DNA of 64,000 nucleotides from Tubiluchus corallicola. Lineage: Eukaryota; Animalia; Priapulida. The stretch is from NCBI GenBank assembly GCA_030141605.1, contig JAQGDQ010000001.1:1302001-1366000 (forward strand), given 5' to 3'. The first letter of the stretch is position 1, and the number at the start of each line of letters is the position of its first letter. The notes below the pieces were generated by a model. The model saw only the letters and a program-made list of their open reading frames with translations, was not told where the DNA came from and did not search any database. Positions 11,561 to 26,500 of this stretch are shown here, one piece after another. The position numbers and the translations under genes are program-made.

Positions 11561-14500
11561 TTTGAAACAACTTAAGTTTTATTTGGGGTTAGGGGAACAG
11601 CTGACAGCTATGTTGTGTGCTTAGATCCAAACTTGTGCATTATAACGATAATATTGTTTATTTTTTTTTGGCTTTTTTAAACACTAACTATCATAATCCA
11701 AAAATTAAACATAGACAATCGGTGTTAATTCATAATATAAACACACACTGTTCTAGGGAAATATGTCAGGTGCAAGCTGAACTATAAGTGCAGCAAGAAA
11801 TTCAAAGCGAAAACAGATAAACTATGGACATACAGTGCATGCTATTACAAAGACTCTTCTTTTTTAAACTGTCCTCTTTCTGATATCATTGCTTTGAGCA
11901 TTCCTTTCGCTATTAAAAACTTCGCATATTTTTGACAACCGTTGTGCAATGACTTGAACTGTTGTTTTATCATGTGCATTCGCAAATCATTTAAACACGC
12001 AAGCGGTGTTTTTGTAAAACAGCTGATGTTAATGGGCGGCTTCGCTTTTTGAAATATCAGCATGAGAGTTTTGGCTCAACAAGTATGTGTTTGTTAAGCT
12101 CCCAGCTGCAGCAGTAGCTATGCGCCGTTCTCATATTTCCAACACGAATAGTTATGTTGTTTACATACATGTTTATCTTTTCCACGCACAGGATGAACAA
12201 ACTAAAACAATGTGAAATTGTGGCTGAAATTCTGTGGAATTATTACGTCATCCACTCACTCTGTGCATAGATTAGAATATATGCAATCTTTGCGATATTA
12301 TTTCGAGTACAATTTGTAGTCATAGCTTTCGTATATAAGCCCAAAGGTGTTTTGCAAATTACTAGACTAGAGCTTGGTTTTGTAGTCTAGCGTCTCATCT
12401 GCTTAATCTATTTTTTACGGTTTGCCTGAACAAGCTACGGTCAATCCATTCAAACATGCTTAGAAACCCTTAGTAAAATAGAGTTCCAGAAAAATGCAAG
12501 TCTTATTTTTAATTTTGGAAGGAGTTTACAATTCCCCACTCAATTCAAACACCCTAACCCTGACCCTTGCTCTACCCTTAACCTAACCCTAATCCTATCC
12601 GTAACTCTAACGCCAACCCTAATTTTAAGCCTGATCCTAATCCGCTTCACAAACTAATTTATCGTGTGTGGGGAATTGTAAACTTTTGCCATTAATTCTC
12701 TGGTGACAGGAAGTGTCCGTGTTCTCTGTAGTGAAATGATTCCAAAAATTTGTTCTGTTAACACATGCTTTAATTACTATTATCCTGTGTTTCTACAGAA
12801 GAAATCAGAAATCCTTTTCCCACTTTATAACTTATTAAACATAATAAGTGAAAGTTGTTGAACATTAGCTCTACAATGCTAAATCAAACTGCATATGTTT
12901 GAATTGTTTATTCAATAATAATTTTTGTTAATGTTTCTTTATCATGTTCAAGCATGAATAAATCTTCAAAAAGAAAGCAATGGTAGCAGTCTTCAGTTCT
13001 TTTGATTTTCAGCTGTGGATGATGACCACGTTCAGCGATTTCTTGCTAGCTTCGAGGAGCGCTTCTTCCTTACATGTGACAAAGAACTTGCGAAGATCAA
13101 CACTTTTTACTCTGGTGTGTATTTTTGCATTGTAAATGTGTATATTCGCTTTTAGACAAAATCTAGTTCTGTTACTTACATTTACTGAATTGTGTAGTTA
13201 CAAGTCAAAAAAATAGTCTAGAACTAAGAGAGTTGCCTTTCCTAGTTTTTCAAACTAATTACGAATAATTGAAAAATGTTGTTGCCAAATTGCTTCCTCT
13301 ACTGGAAAAACTGCTCCATTGTGCCTGCTGATACTTATCTCATTGCGGGAGGATGTATACACATCTGAACGTAGTTAAGCTGTATGATTTAATGTCTGAT
13401 CTTTCCCTTGTGAAGTAAGCTAGATTCTGGTCCCACCACAACAATTTACATTAGTATTGAGTGCTGGATTCCAGCTACAATTGTGTAGCCAAAATCACAA
13501 AATTTTAAGCCACTACTGTGTCGATGAAAGCCACTTATGTTTTTGAAGCACAAGAAAGCAATTCGTAAATAAAGCTAAAAAAATTTGTCCAGCTAAAATT
13601 TTGTATGACTTGCATGCTGTTGTATTGCATACAGAGTTTGCATTAGCAGTAATGCTGTATAAAACTCTCGCGACGACATTCGGCATAGCTATTTTAACAG
13701 TAAGTCATCCGAAACAAGTTTAAATAACATTGCGTAAAGTTTCAAAAAAATAATCAGAACTCTCTTTGCCACTTTGTTGACATGTTCCCTATCTAGGAAA
13801 GAATACAAAGTACTTTTTATTGTCAATAAGGTCAATAATTTGTTTTATATTGAACCAGTGAAGCACACAGGGATGGTGGTGCAGTGATATTTTACCATTT
13901 GGCACAAACATTTTAAATTATTAAGAATTTCCTTTTCCTTCAAACAGGTAAGCATAATGTTATGTAATGTAACTTTGTGTACAAAGTTTTCTGTGATAAA
14001 TTATAAAACTTCCTTATTCCCCTTTTACGTAAAGGAGGATAGACCCATTGGTAAATTTCATTTGGTGAATAATTTTGAAATTATGAATTTAATATGAACT
14101 GCCAAGATATTGCAGTTGGAGGACAAAGGAGTATTCAGAGTGCCGAAGATGCATTTGAGAAGTCATTGAAAGAAGTGGAAAAAAGTTTTGAACAAGCTAG
14201 TTAAAAATTCAATGAAATAAAATTCTCGAGTCACCAGAACATGTTTGCTCTGTTGCTTCTTGCTGATTATTCAAGAACTATCCTTTTTCATCTCTTGGGA
14301 TTTCTAATATTTTAAAAGACAGTTAACATATTTCTTCTTTTAACATCTTAGAGAAACTTGCAGAAGCTCAGAGAAGGTTTGCTAACTTGAAAAATGAACT
14401 AGGTGCTATTGAGGAAAGAGATCGCCAGCAGCAGACGGTGCGTCATCGCAAACTGCCATCTGTTGTACATAAAGACAAGGAAAAACAGGTACTCATAATT

Positions 14501-17500
14501 ACTGTATAAGTTTTTAAAGTGCCTGAAAACTTGAAGAATCATAAGAACATATTTATAGTACTGAGTCTGTGTGCTGAATAGTACTGCTTAGTGCTTACAG
14601 TTAAACTTTTGCCATACTCTAAAATTTGCGTTTTGCTTTTGACTCATCCACAGCAACAGTTTACTATTGTATTGTATCATCTGTGTTACAGACCTGCTGC
14701 ACGTTGAATATTAATTGTTTTGTGTAGCGCCTTACATAAATTTATCAAGTGTTTAAAGAACAGCTAGTTAAACACCAAAGGTCATTTGAATGTTGCAGTG
14801 AGCAAGAACAGTCAACTTATTATGTAAATAGATAAGTGATTGCGATAATTGTAATTAATCTTTGGATATTATGTAGGACTTGAGCACAGGTGAATTTAAA
14901 CTGTTCTCACTTATATGTACATAGTAAGACACTGGCGAAACGTGATGTTTACTGCTGGTACAGAAACATACGTAACATACTTTTTCTATTCAAACGTCAT
15001 TTGCGGAAATAAGCAAGCTAAAGCAAGTTCCAGGTTTGTTGATGGAGAGGCCTAAAGCATATAGACTATTAAAAGCATGTGGCCTACAATGAAACAGTGA
15101 GGTTATGCACTACCAATAGAAATGTTTTTTAGAGTTCACTAATACAACAATTTTAATAGTTCTTAAAGATTTTGATGTCCTCGCATTTAACTGTTTTGGG
15201 AAGTTGTACCAATTTTGATGTTTGTGAAACATAGCACTGAATACACTGTACAATCTTCTCCTAGAAAAATGATGGTGTAAGATACCAATACAATTATCAT
15301 ACATACCTAGAAAAAATTGCAAAAATACCTAGTCAGTGATTTTATTTGACTACTGTTGCTCTAAATATGCAACAGCAAAAGCATGTTTAAATGGCGTCTA
15401 TAGACCAGCTGACTCTAACCTCGGCCAGTTTTGCAAAGCCATCACTAAAGCCATTTAGTGTTGCCTTATTGCCACAGTCACTATTGAGAGCATTTTGCGT
15501 TTCATAAAAGGTTGTCAGAGCATCGCTAATTACTGATTGTCTCAAAAAACTACAGCAGAAAGTTCATACTGCACGTCATAAAACGATATATAAGTAGCTA
15601 CATTGAGCCTGACCAAGCTGGGAATATGGTCTCGCGGTATTAAATACTTACTTCGAGGTTGCATGCATAAAAGCTATAATAGTCTACACTGTTGTCTCAC
15701 AGTAATTTCTGATGCACCACAATCGCATTAAATGTTTGTCTATTAAATAATTTTTTTTAGATTTTGATTTTGATGCATTTATTTTCTCGTTTTTATGGCA
15801 ATTTTTTCACATAGCAACATAATGCCAGGATGACTTATTGAGACTAAGAGAGTCTCGATATTTAGGATGGGATTGATGTAATGTGTTGGAATCGAGTCGC
15901 TACAAAAATATTTTTTAACCTGAAACGCATACATCCTACTTTGTTGTTGCTGTGGGGAAACTAAGCGCTACCACTGAGCATTAATGTTCCGTATTCGATT
16001 GTTTTTCTTCTTTTCAAATTGTGATACGTGTCAATTACAATCAATAGTGCACGAACATTCCACAGAGTGCTTGTTTACACTTCTTTAAAGGACAAGAAAA
16101 GGGGCACCTGAAGTAGGCTTTAGCTAAATCGCCTTAAAAAATTATACTACTTTACAGCAATTTTATACACATGTTTGAATCGAGTTGAAAGGAATTTTCG
16201 TTTGTTTTCATTTTAAATCTCCCTCTATACTGTTCCTACGGCACCATTACATGATGTCACCCCGCCACGTAAATCAGGGGAAGAAAAGGCAATGTTAAAT
16301 TATGACCCATAAAACTTTCCTATATTATCTATATTATATTATTTCCTAAATCTATATTACTTAGCCTTTCACTTACCTGCTGGAAAGACTTAACTAGACT
16401 AATAATTTAAAATGCTTGTGCCAGTTGGTAAAATGTCGCTGACTCACTCTCCAGGGTGCGCCACTCACTAGCCAAAAACGTACTTTTAATCTTATTGACA
16501 AGATACAGTAATTTGAAATTTTACTTAATTAGCAACATGTATGCTACGAATGCTCTGATTATTTTTTCAAACTTTACTAATGTTATCAGACCTTGTTTCA
16601 AATGACCTACCATTAAAATGGCTGCGCCTAACGGTCATCGCAGGAGTTTAAATTTACACATTTTATACAGCGTTACAGCAAGCCATGCATACGAAAAGTT
16701 AGTACGTAAGTGGTATAAAATTTTGAGACAATTTTTTTAAGCTTTATGTAAGTGGGGGGTTTTATTGTGCTTTAACCATTTGGTGATCGTAACAGACTGA
16801 CAAATATGTGTATTTGTGCATTACTATAGCTTTTAGGGCTATATACGTATGTTCTAGCCAAGTCCTTCGCTGTCTAAAGAGCTGTGATACTCCCTCTGAC
16901 ACCTCATGACGTGCCTCATGAATGTTTTTTGTACATGGTGTTCAGTCAAGCTTTGTGAAAGAAACGAGCAAAAAAGCACCCATTTTGAAAGTTTTCATGC
17001 CCTTCCTCTGCCCAGGAATCTGCGTCGAAATACACTTTTTCCCCCTTCCCGTTACATCCGCCACAAAGCTTTGTGGAAGTCTGTTAAGTAATTTTTACAT
17101 AAGTTCCTTGGCAGAGAAAAAATAATTAAGATACTTATTCCCCTCAGTAGGGAATAAAATAAGTATTCCCCAACCGTAACCCTAAACACATTATTTTACA
17201 AGTGTGCCATTTTTTTCTAATTTTCCATTTGTGCCCTTTTTCCTATGCTTTTTGCTGCTATTTTTACCATGCCGTTTTTACCTGTACCATTTTTACGTCT
17301 GGCATTTTTACAATGCACCGAAGGCTCATAACAAACAATTCTAAAAAACAATGCTATAATGCTCCTGGACAGTTAAGCAAACTGAACTAAATAAATAGGG
17401 CAGGGACCCTCAAGTTCAAAGCACTATGCTAGTGCATTATATACAGCTTAATTATTATGATCATGCTCGTGATCCCTTAATGGTGCTGCTTCCTACCCAT

Positions 17501-20500
17501 CATTATTTTTGTCACTAAATAGTGACATCCTTAAAACAACGACAGCTTTGTGAAATACAAATGCTAACGAGCTCGACGAACCGATAATAACAACATCGTT
17601 AACTTTGTGACAGCTTTGTTAAACCGGCCCTAGATCTTAAATTTTGTTTTAACATTTACCTTTACCGTTAGCAATGCACTTACAAAACAGCGAATAGTGA
17701 TGTATTTAAAATGGATCATGTATACAAAGAAAATGCACATGGTACTGACAGTTTCACACTTTCATAATTTATTATACTAGGGCACTGCTCTTTCCCTGAG
17801 TCTAAATTGTGCCATCCTTGCAATTGGTAATTCTGGTTCCAACAGCACACACATATTCTGCCTAGATTGCCTTTGTCATATGGATGGGCATGGCCACTTT
17901 TGGAAATACTAGTCTGCATTGGATCTTTTATAAGTCTTAGTAAAACCAATTTACTGTCATTCCACATCTCTTGAATGCAATCATTCTATTGTGGAGTTAG
18001 TGAATTTCAAACAAGAAGAAAAAATACTTTAACCATGTAGTACACTTTTCTCATTGCGGAACATTTGTTTGCTTCTTAATCTTTGTTTGGAGTATCATTG
18101 TTGCAGCAATTTTGTACGTGGAAGAAAAGCCCTGTGGCATCGCAAGTCAATGTGGACCTTAGGCCAGCACAAGTCATGAGCCCTGGGTCCCCTACCCAAA
18201 CTGCTACATATTCTTTAATATGTAGTAATGTGTACCAAATTATGAAATGCCAAGTTAACTTACTTATACTAATATGCCAAGTTATAACTGTGGTAATAAA
18301 TGACATCAAGAATATACGATGAAAAGAGACACACACATGAGCTTACTAGCTGCTATGATACTGTTCTGCGTGTATTGTTTAGGTACTACAGTCATGACAC
18401 GATGAGCATTAAAAATTAAGTAATCTCAATAAATGAGTGAAACCAGCTATTAAGTTATTAAGGCAAATTAGCATGTTATTGTTTAATTTGAATTAACTAG
18501 CTGGACTTATGCTAAAAAACTTTTTTACAGGTGACTGTAAGAAATGTACATAACATGAAGCTTGCTTTCAGTGAATTCTACCTTAGCCTTATTCTGCTGC
18601 AAAACTACCAACAACTCAACTTTACAGGCTTTAGAAAAATATTGAAGAAGCATGACAAGGTGAGCTACAGATTGTAATTCTGTGTTTTACTAGTTGCTAT
18701 GAGTTTCGATCACACATGATACTCTGGTATATTTTTGTGTCACATACTTGGCATTTATTTTTATTGTGTGTGTTCATTAGAATAGTTTTACTATAAGCAC
18801 CCCCACACACTTTAAAACAAATGCATATGCCTTGACTGTGCTTATGAAATGATTTTTATATCTCAGAGAAATCCCTTTTTTTTCATATTAGCGCAAATAT
18901 ACATTGCAGCCAAAAATAATTCTTCCGCCAGTGAGAACAGCTAGCTGCACACAGCAATAAACTGTGATATTAAATACTCGTTATGTACATTTTGTTATGT
19001 GCAAAAAAACATACATAATGGCACTCAAGCAAGAAGTGCATTCACTTGTGAAAGTTCTATCCACTTTGGCATTTTATGAATTCCAAAAAGTGCAAAGTTG
19101 CAAACTGCAAACGTTGTCACCAGCATACCTGTATTCTGCAAGCACTGCAAAGATAACATTAAATTATGTTTTCCAAGATTTGTAAAGATATAAACTGTAG
19201 CTCATAGTGACCAAGCTACTCTTTCCAAAGCTGTAGATTCACAACAACTGTAAATCAAATACCATTTTTACACTGAAGACTTTTGTGTCAACTATTAACT
19301 TAGTTTACATGTCAAAAATTAGCAGATCTGAATTATCAAGTAATAGTAGATGTTTTTTTAATCATCTACATGTAGTACTAGAAAAAAGAAAATTTGTTCC
19401 CTCCACTGCATCCTTGACTGATCTCAACTAACGTGAAATCGAGATTCTTTGCATTCAGTGTAACTAGGGTGTTCGTGTTTTTTTCTTTTTGTAAAAGCGA
19501 GATAAATACTGAGAATGATTTCTCCTTATTAAAAAATTACATCAATCCAGTCTTAATCTTTTTTACATATGTATGTAAAACTGGTGTTTTGTCATTTCTA
19601 AGCTTGAGCTGCTTCTCTTCTGAACTGAATTGTTACTTTATTTGTTACTGGATCATTTCATCACTTTTATTATTTCATTCTTCTAGTTGATGCAGACATG
19701 TAAGGGAGCAGAATGGAGATCGGCTCATGTAGAAAGTGCACCTTTTTACACAAACAAAGATATAGATAGACTTATTATAGATACAGAGGTGAGTGTATAG
19801 TACTGCAGTTACGTGCCAGTTTGACTTATACTAATACGTTTCCTTGAAACGTGCCTTACTTTGATCACTTCTGTGCTTAACATTGGAGCCAGTTTAAAAT
19901 ATTGAATACACCAAGTGAATTCTTTAGGCATGAAAATTCACTCAAGAAAAAAGCTGAAAAACTGTTTGTAATGACTTCAGAAATCAGCAACTATAAATCT
20001 CCTTAAATATCACTCTAGACTATAAGTTTGCTTAAAGGGTCGCACCTACAATTTTCAAGGACATTTTAAATCAGTAATGTTGGGTGGTGCTCACTAAGCA
20101 CGTCCTGTTTTAAATAATGCCCAGTTTTCTTTGGTAACCATAATATAATGTAATATATGATTATAGTAAAATCGTAGTCAAATTTCAGACTAACAATGGT
20201 ATTTTTATATACCATCCACTATGTGCTATATTTGGAAAATATGGTTCACAGTGGATAAGTTCAAGCTAATCAATAAATACCTAAAATTATATAAATTTTA
20301 GAAGTAGGAATTCTGAAATTTGTTACCTCTGATGAGGCTTCTGATGAATAAAGGTTGTACTGCAGCTAGCCAGGGAAATAATGGCAGTTTCTGTTATGTC
20401 CTAGTGTTGGGAGGGAAGTATGCTTTCTGTGCAGCCGGAAAACTGCACATAAACTCAATTGCACACCTGTATGCTGAAAGAAACGTATAATTGCTGTGAG

Positions 20501-23500
20501 TGCATGGTCAAATATGTATATTTAGTATATGCTTTTAGTGCAGTACAGAATGGGAGTACTTTGAATAATTTAGTAATTTGGTATTTAGAAGGCAAAAATT
20601 TTTTTATCTCGCAACTTATTTACATCTTTGAAGTTTTTCCTATAGACCAAAACATTCACAAGTCTCTTGGTAGTCATGCAAGAGACTGCTAATTTGTTAC
20701 AGGAGACATTTGTTAATTCACCCTTGAGATTGAAAAAATAAATTAGTACTGTTAATGTAGGGGTTAATCTCTGAATTCTTAGATATGATAAAATCGCTGA
20801 ACATACTTGTCGGCATACTTTGTATTATATTTGAGTTTAATTGCTACTCAATAACTAGAGACTTTGTAACTGATACAAACTTAATAGTATTTTGTCTATA
20901 AGTGTTTGGGTTCATTTGCTATGTGTAATCTTCTATCAGACTCTATTAGGCACACTATTGATAACTCTATGATTTAACTTGTAGAGCTGTCGAAGATGTG
21001 TTACTAAGCTAAAGTAAAAATTTAGTACTAAGATACATGTTCACAGATTGGTTTTGTTTTAAACTGTATAAAAGCATGATTGTGCAGTATTAAGTGACTG
21101 TCTTTTTATTAACACATAAATTCATAAAAGTGAATGTAGTCAACTGAAAGCTATTCATTTCTTCATATGGTAGTACATGCAATTATTTGACATAAATGCT
21201 GGACTGCAAGCAACTCGACTCTAGTGCAGAAGTTTTACGTGAGGCAAATTTTCCTTGAGGCTCTAGTCGTACCGCACCGGTATTTCAGACCCTTGACTTG
21301 CAAGATACGATTGAGGCTCGAGACAAACAGTTCATCTGATAGCAAACGATGTCGGCAACCAAGCGGTGCTGGACTTGGACCCTTGTATCTACATGGTAGC
21401 TTTAGGCTAATGTTACTTGCACTGACCAGATATAAGGAAAACGGCACATTTTCACGCAAAGGGTGAAAATATTGACAGTTGCTTTCCCAGTTCTTTTTAC
21501 GTACATTTTATTATACAGAAATTTCTGTGTAGTAATTTTCATTCTTCTTCTGCTAAACACTGCATAGCATAAGGTTTTTTATTGCTTTTTTGAGCAACGA
21601 GTTCTTGTTATCCTGAAGTACAATTAGAATAATACTTGACTATGAATTTGTGATTCAAAACCAATCTGCTTTAACTTGATGTTTATCGAACCTTTATTTT
21701 ATACATCTCTGTATGTTACAGTTAAATAATATTCTTATCAAAATTTATTTTTGAGATAATTAGTTGTTCATCCAAGATAGCAAATACAATAAAAAACAAC
21801 ACCAGATATCAGCTGTTCTATAGATCAAGGCCCATTACTTAGTTATCTGGATGGTTCGGCTTGTATGTATCGCTATTATAGCAACTTTCCCTCAACTGTA
21901 CATGCACTAACCTCATGTTTGTTGTGTGATTTAGTGTAGACTCTGTACTTGTTGAGCCTCTCACCAGCTAATCTACTATTTAGTAGCAGTCTGTTCTTAT
22001 TTGTTGAATACTATTGCGAGTACTTGAACTTGCAGAGCCTCTGCATACTCCGGCTAAATTTCGACTTTTTACTTAGTGAATTTGTTAAATGGTACAGTGT
22101 GACAGCTGATGGTGCGCTCTATATTTGACATTTTTGCCTTTCACTCTTGTTTTTCTGAAGTTGTTTTCTTCTCTGTGAAGTGAGTTATTATAGTGGGAAA
22201 AAATTGCACGGTGGAATATATATGTATGTGAAAACACTTGGCTGTCTCAGTAGATCTTCACAAAACTTCTGACAATCAAAAATTTTATACTGTTTTCGAA
22301 TGTATGTGTTGTCAGACTACAAGTGGACATGATTAGTTTTCATCTTAACTGACTCATCTACATCAACACCCTTTTTGGAAAACTGTCAAACATGTGGCCA
22401 GATGGAATAATAATGGAAAAGCCTGCCCTTAGTCCCATTACACATCAAATCACTCCTTGTATAACCAAGTATCGTTTTTTCGTTTTCATTGGTAGTTGTC
22501 ATAATGACTGGTTTCATAACATTATGACATCCCATTCTTAAAAGATTTTCTATCTTTGAAATTGACCATAGCTAGTGCTACTTGATTTGTTTGATGGAAT
22601 TACGGGCTCGTATGGTGCCCAGATCTAGCCGTTCTATAACGCATTATACCTCAGTTGATGCCAAATCTGACTATGAGTTGTCAGAAGAACACAAAAAGTT
22701 GCTTGCCGAAGAGTCAAATGCAACAGAAGCGGTAACTGTTTTTCCACAAATTTTAGCTATATATTCCCACCTACTGCACTTGCTTTTTGACTAATTTTGC
22801 ATCTGCAGGGGTTTAATATCAGTGTAGGATTAGAGATTAATGAAATGCAATAAATTTGCAATAGCTTTACCATTTTTTGCTATTAAGCTTATATTTACCA
22901 TTAAAGGTTTTGAAACAAAGTTATAACATCTACCAGCACTCAACTGCTAAAGTATGTTGTAAAAGAACAGTGCACTCATTGATGCTTGCTTTATGTATAG
23001 AACTGAACAGTAAGTTATTTGCTTAAACATTTTTGGCTTTTCATACATTTGTGTTTTGAGCAAAGAAGAGCTTTAACTGATTAAGTGCTGCTTATACTGA
23101 GCATTCTGTTTTGTGTTGAGCATAAATTGTTTTGTGAAACTACCATTATAAAAAATCAGTGGGTTGATTTCTTTTTCAGTTAAATTGCATTTTAGCGTAA
23201 GTCTTTCAGTTACATTACAAAAAATGAAATTAAATCAATGATCATAATTATGATACTATTACTAATTCATCGGTTGAAAGCTTTTTAAGTGCATTTCTAC
23301 AAACCGTGCTTCATTGTTTTAGGACAATTATTTATGTCCCTACTCCATTTTTGCGGGATACAATTAACTCATATTATTAGTCTTGATAAATATGTATTTT
23401 TATATCTACTGGCAGCTAGCAGTACTTACCAGCCATAACATAAACAAGTAACACCTTGTGAATTGCATTTCAAAGTAAAAGTTACTTGTACTTTAGGTGA

Positions 23501-26500
23501 AGTATTAATAATTTGGGTTTGTGCACTGTGTGCTTATAAATTGAAATGTTCTTTACTTCCTTTCATTCAATTTTTTATTTTTTTATTTATTTTACATTGA
23601 ATGTTTAAGTTGTAACACTTCTCAAACTATATGGCATATGCCCACATGGTTTCAGAAAATAAAACTTATATCTGAACTGTTATGTTTTCAGCATAAGCAC
23701 AAAGCGTGAGTTTATATTTATCTTTACAACTATAATTATGGGAATTATCATTGGTTAGTATCCAGCACAGATTTTAAAAATGCCATCTTTGAAGGTCATC
23801 ATCAGTTGATTTATATTTTACTTACCAGTAAAAACAACTGAGTAAAAACACATAGCTTCTGTGGGCGTGCCTGGGAAAACTTTCACTTCCTACAGCTGTT
23901 GCCAGGTCATCAAAAATAAAGTACAATGACCCATTCCCAACATGATCGTGTTAGTGGAAATTTGTCTGCTGCTCATGACCCTGAACTTTATCTGTTTAAC
24001 CAGTCAGTAAACGGTCACTAACATACGAATCCAACACAAACCAAATAATTCCTTTGAATGTTGTAGCCCATCTATTGCAAGTCCAAATAATCAAGCTTTC
24101 CCATATTTGAACTTTCTCCGTAACTCATTTTCCCGACTTTGTTTTAATTCTTCAGTTTTTATAATGCATCCCAAAAATATCTTCAATATAATGGTTTTCT
24201 TCTCTGCCATGTTCAGGTAGGTATATACAATTACACTTGTATCTAACGGTGTGCTGCCCAACTTAATATGCTTGAAGTGCACCCCAACGTGTAAATTCAG
24301 TCTGCAAAATTGTAAGCATAGCGGCATGTCTGTTCACCTTCAAAGAGTTTTCTTGCTCTTAATCGCTAGTTATCCAGACACATAGATGTCCAGATAATAT
24401 GGTGCTGTAGAATTAGAACATACAGGTAAATAGTGAACAAAGGCATGCAAATTTACAACTGTTTTCTGAAATAGGCATGCTTTCCCAGTGATATAAGATT
24501 GAATGCTAAAGCTGAAATGATTTTTAAACTCATTATGAAGATCGTGAATTTTGCCTCATAGAAGGAATTGGAATTGACAGTTATACTGATTAAACCTACT
24601 ACTGGAGTTTGTGCAAATCAAACTGTTATGTTTCCTGAATACAGTTGATTGGTTACTAAGGTCAGTGTAAAGTGTTCAAAAAATGAAGATTTTTATTGTG
24701 GTCTATTTACAGAATGTGTTCACCACCAAACTGGAAGGAGGAAATCGTCAGAAGGCGATGAAGCGCCTTCGTGTCCCTCCCCTAGAAGCGCAAGTACGTG
24801 AAAACACATGCTCCCTGTTTGACTATTACACATTTGTTTATGTGCTAATCGTATGTTTTTAGATACTTGTTAAGCACTGTGTGAATGCAAGTTTTGTCTC
24901 TAATCTAGGTATAATTTTTTTGTGAACTTATGTTTGTTAATTTAGGAAACTCCTTGGACAACATTCCGTGTTGGTCTCTTCTCAGGAATCTTTATTGTGC
25001 TGCTTATTTCATTTATATTATCTGGTAAATATGATTTTTTATATATTTATTATTTGGTGCAAACTTGTACATTCATTACCATTAGTGGTATAATCTCAGC
25101 TCACATAGAGTTTTACAAAAATGTTCAATGGTCCATAATTGTAGTACATGTTATTTATGACAAAAATATTACTATATTTCACAGGGCATGGCAAAGGGAC
25201 AAAAAGTATTAAATTGTAGAGCATCAGGTGTTTTGTGATTATAGGTTAATACCATAATGAGACAATAAGTAAATGCATGTTGACAGTTTTGAATGTTTAC
25301 CACATTTATAGCTAACAAATGTTTTTTGGTCATGCTTACATGTTTTCTGTTAAATTTCCACGAACACGTCATTATCTTTCAGCTATATTTGTGGACGTAC
25401 CTACCGAGTGGCGACCTGTCTTACGTATGTACCGTGGCATATTCCTCCTTGTGTTATTTCTGTTTCTGCTGGGTGTCAACACTTATGGTTGGCGATCATC
25501 GGGGGTTAACCATGTGTTAATATTCGAACTGGATCCACGAGATAATCTTAATCATCAACAGCTTTTAGAGGTAGGTCATTGGCATAGAAAAAGAATTGGT
25601 GACTGAAAATTTATACCAGTTTGGAATTTCGACTTTCGTCTGTTGTTTTCTTTTCTGTGTGTAAACAGTACAAGCAAAATCTTATTAATAGTGGCCTTTT
25701 GCACTTGGTTATTGAATTCAATACTGTTTATTAAATTCTCTACTTTCTCATTGGCAGCAATATTTAATTATAATGCAAATGTGTTGTATTGTCTAACATT
25801 GAGGCATTCCTATCTTTATACTAATTGGTTTAGCCAGCTCTTCATAACCATATAGCTCTACTGCCATAAGTATTAGATTGTAAGTTTGCTAATATAGTTT
25901 TGCTATTGATTTCGTATTGCTTTTTATGCATTTTTGTCAATTTTCACTATATTATATGTTTCCACAATCTGTTTACATTTTCTAACGAATTATTGAACCA
26001 TATTTTGCTTTGTTTCAGTTGTCTGGCTTCTTTGCTGTTATTTTCTGCTTAAGCATCCTTTCCAGTTTGTATGGAGATTTGTTACACATTTCCAGTATGC
26101 TGCAACCATTGATACTTGTCGGCTTCTGCATTGTGTTTGTAGTCAATCCTTTTAAAATTTGCTACTACACTTCCAGAATGTGGCTACTTCGATTGATTGT
26201 AAGTAAATGTACTGTATTTTTCATTTTCTGTCGAAAACATATCTGTTAAATTGTAACACTATTAAATATTATTTGCTTGGTGTTATAGATGTATATCAAC
26301 TTGTTGAATTTTAACAGAAAATCTTGAATGATTTTAAGGTGAAACAAATTTTCAAAACATACACAAGATTTCTTTTTCTTTACAGTGCACATTACACTTG
26401 TGACTAATTATGTAATTATTTCCTTCAATACTGCCATTTTTTGCAATTATTTTGTTCATTGCAATACATTCTCCTTAGTTAGCACAAACATGATCACTAA

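Noticed and set aside
21224-21466. Overlapping 80-aa (+) and 74-aa (-) ORFs in a GC-richer intronic patch
   Set aside because: No recognisable motif and not needed for the XPR1 frame; probably TE debris or chance.
22582-22794. 70-aa ORF with protein-like composition ([15 protein letters not shown])
   Set aside because: Non-ATG start, no convincing acceptor, and XPR1 exons 6 and 7 join correctly without it.
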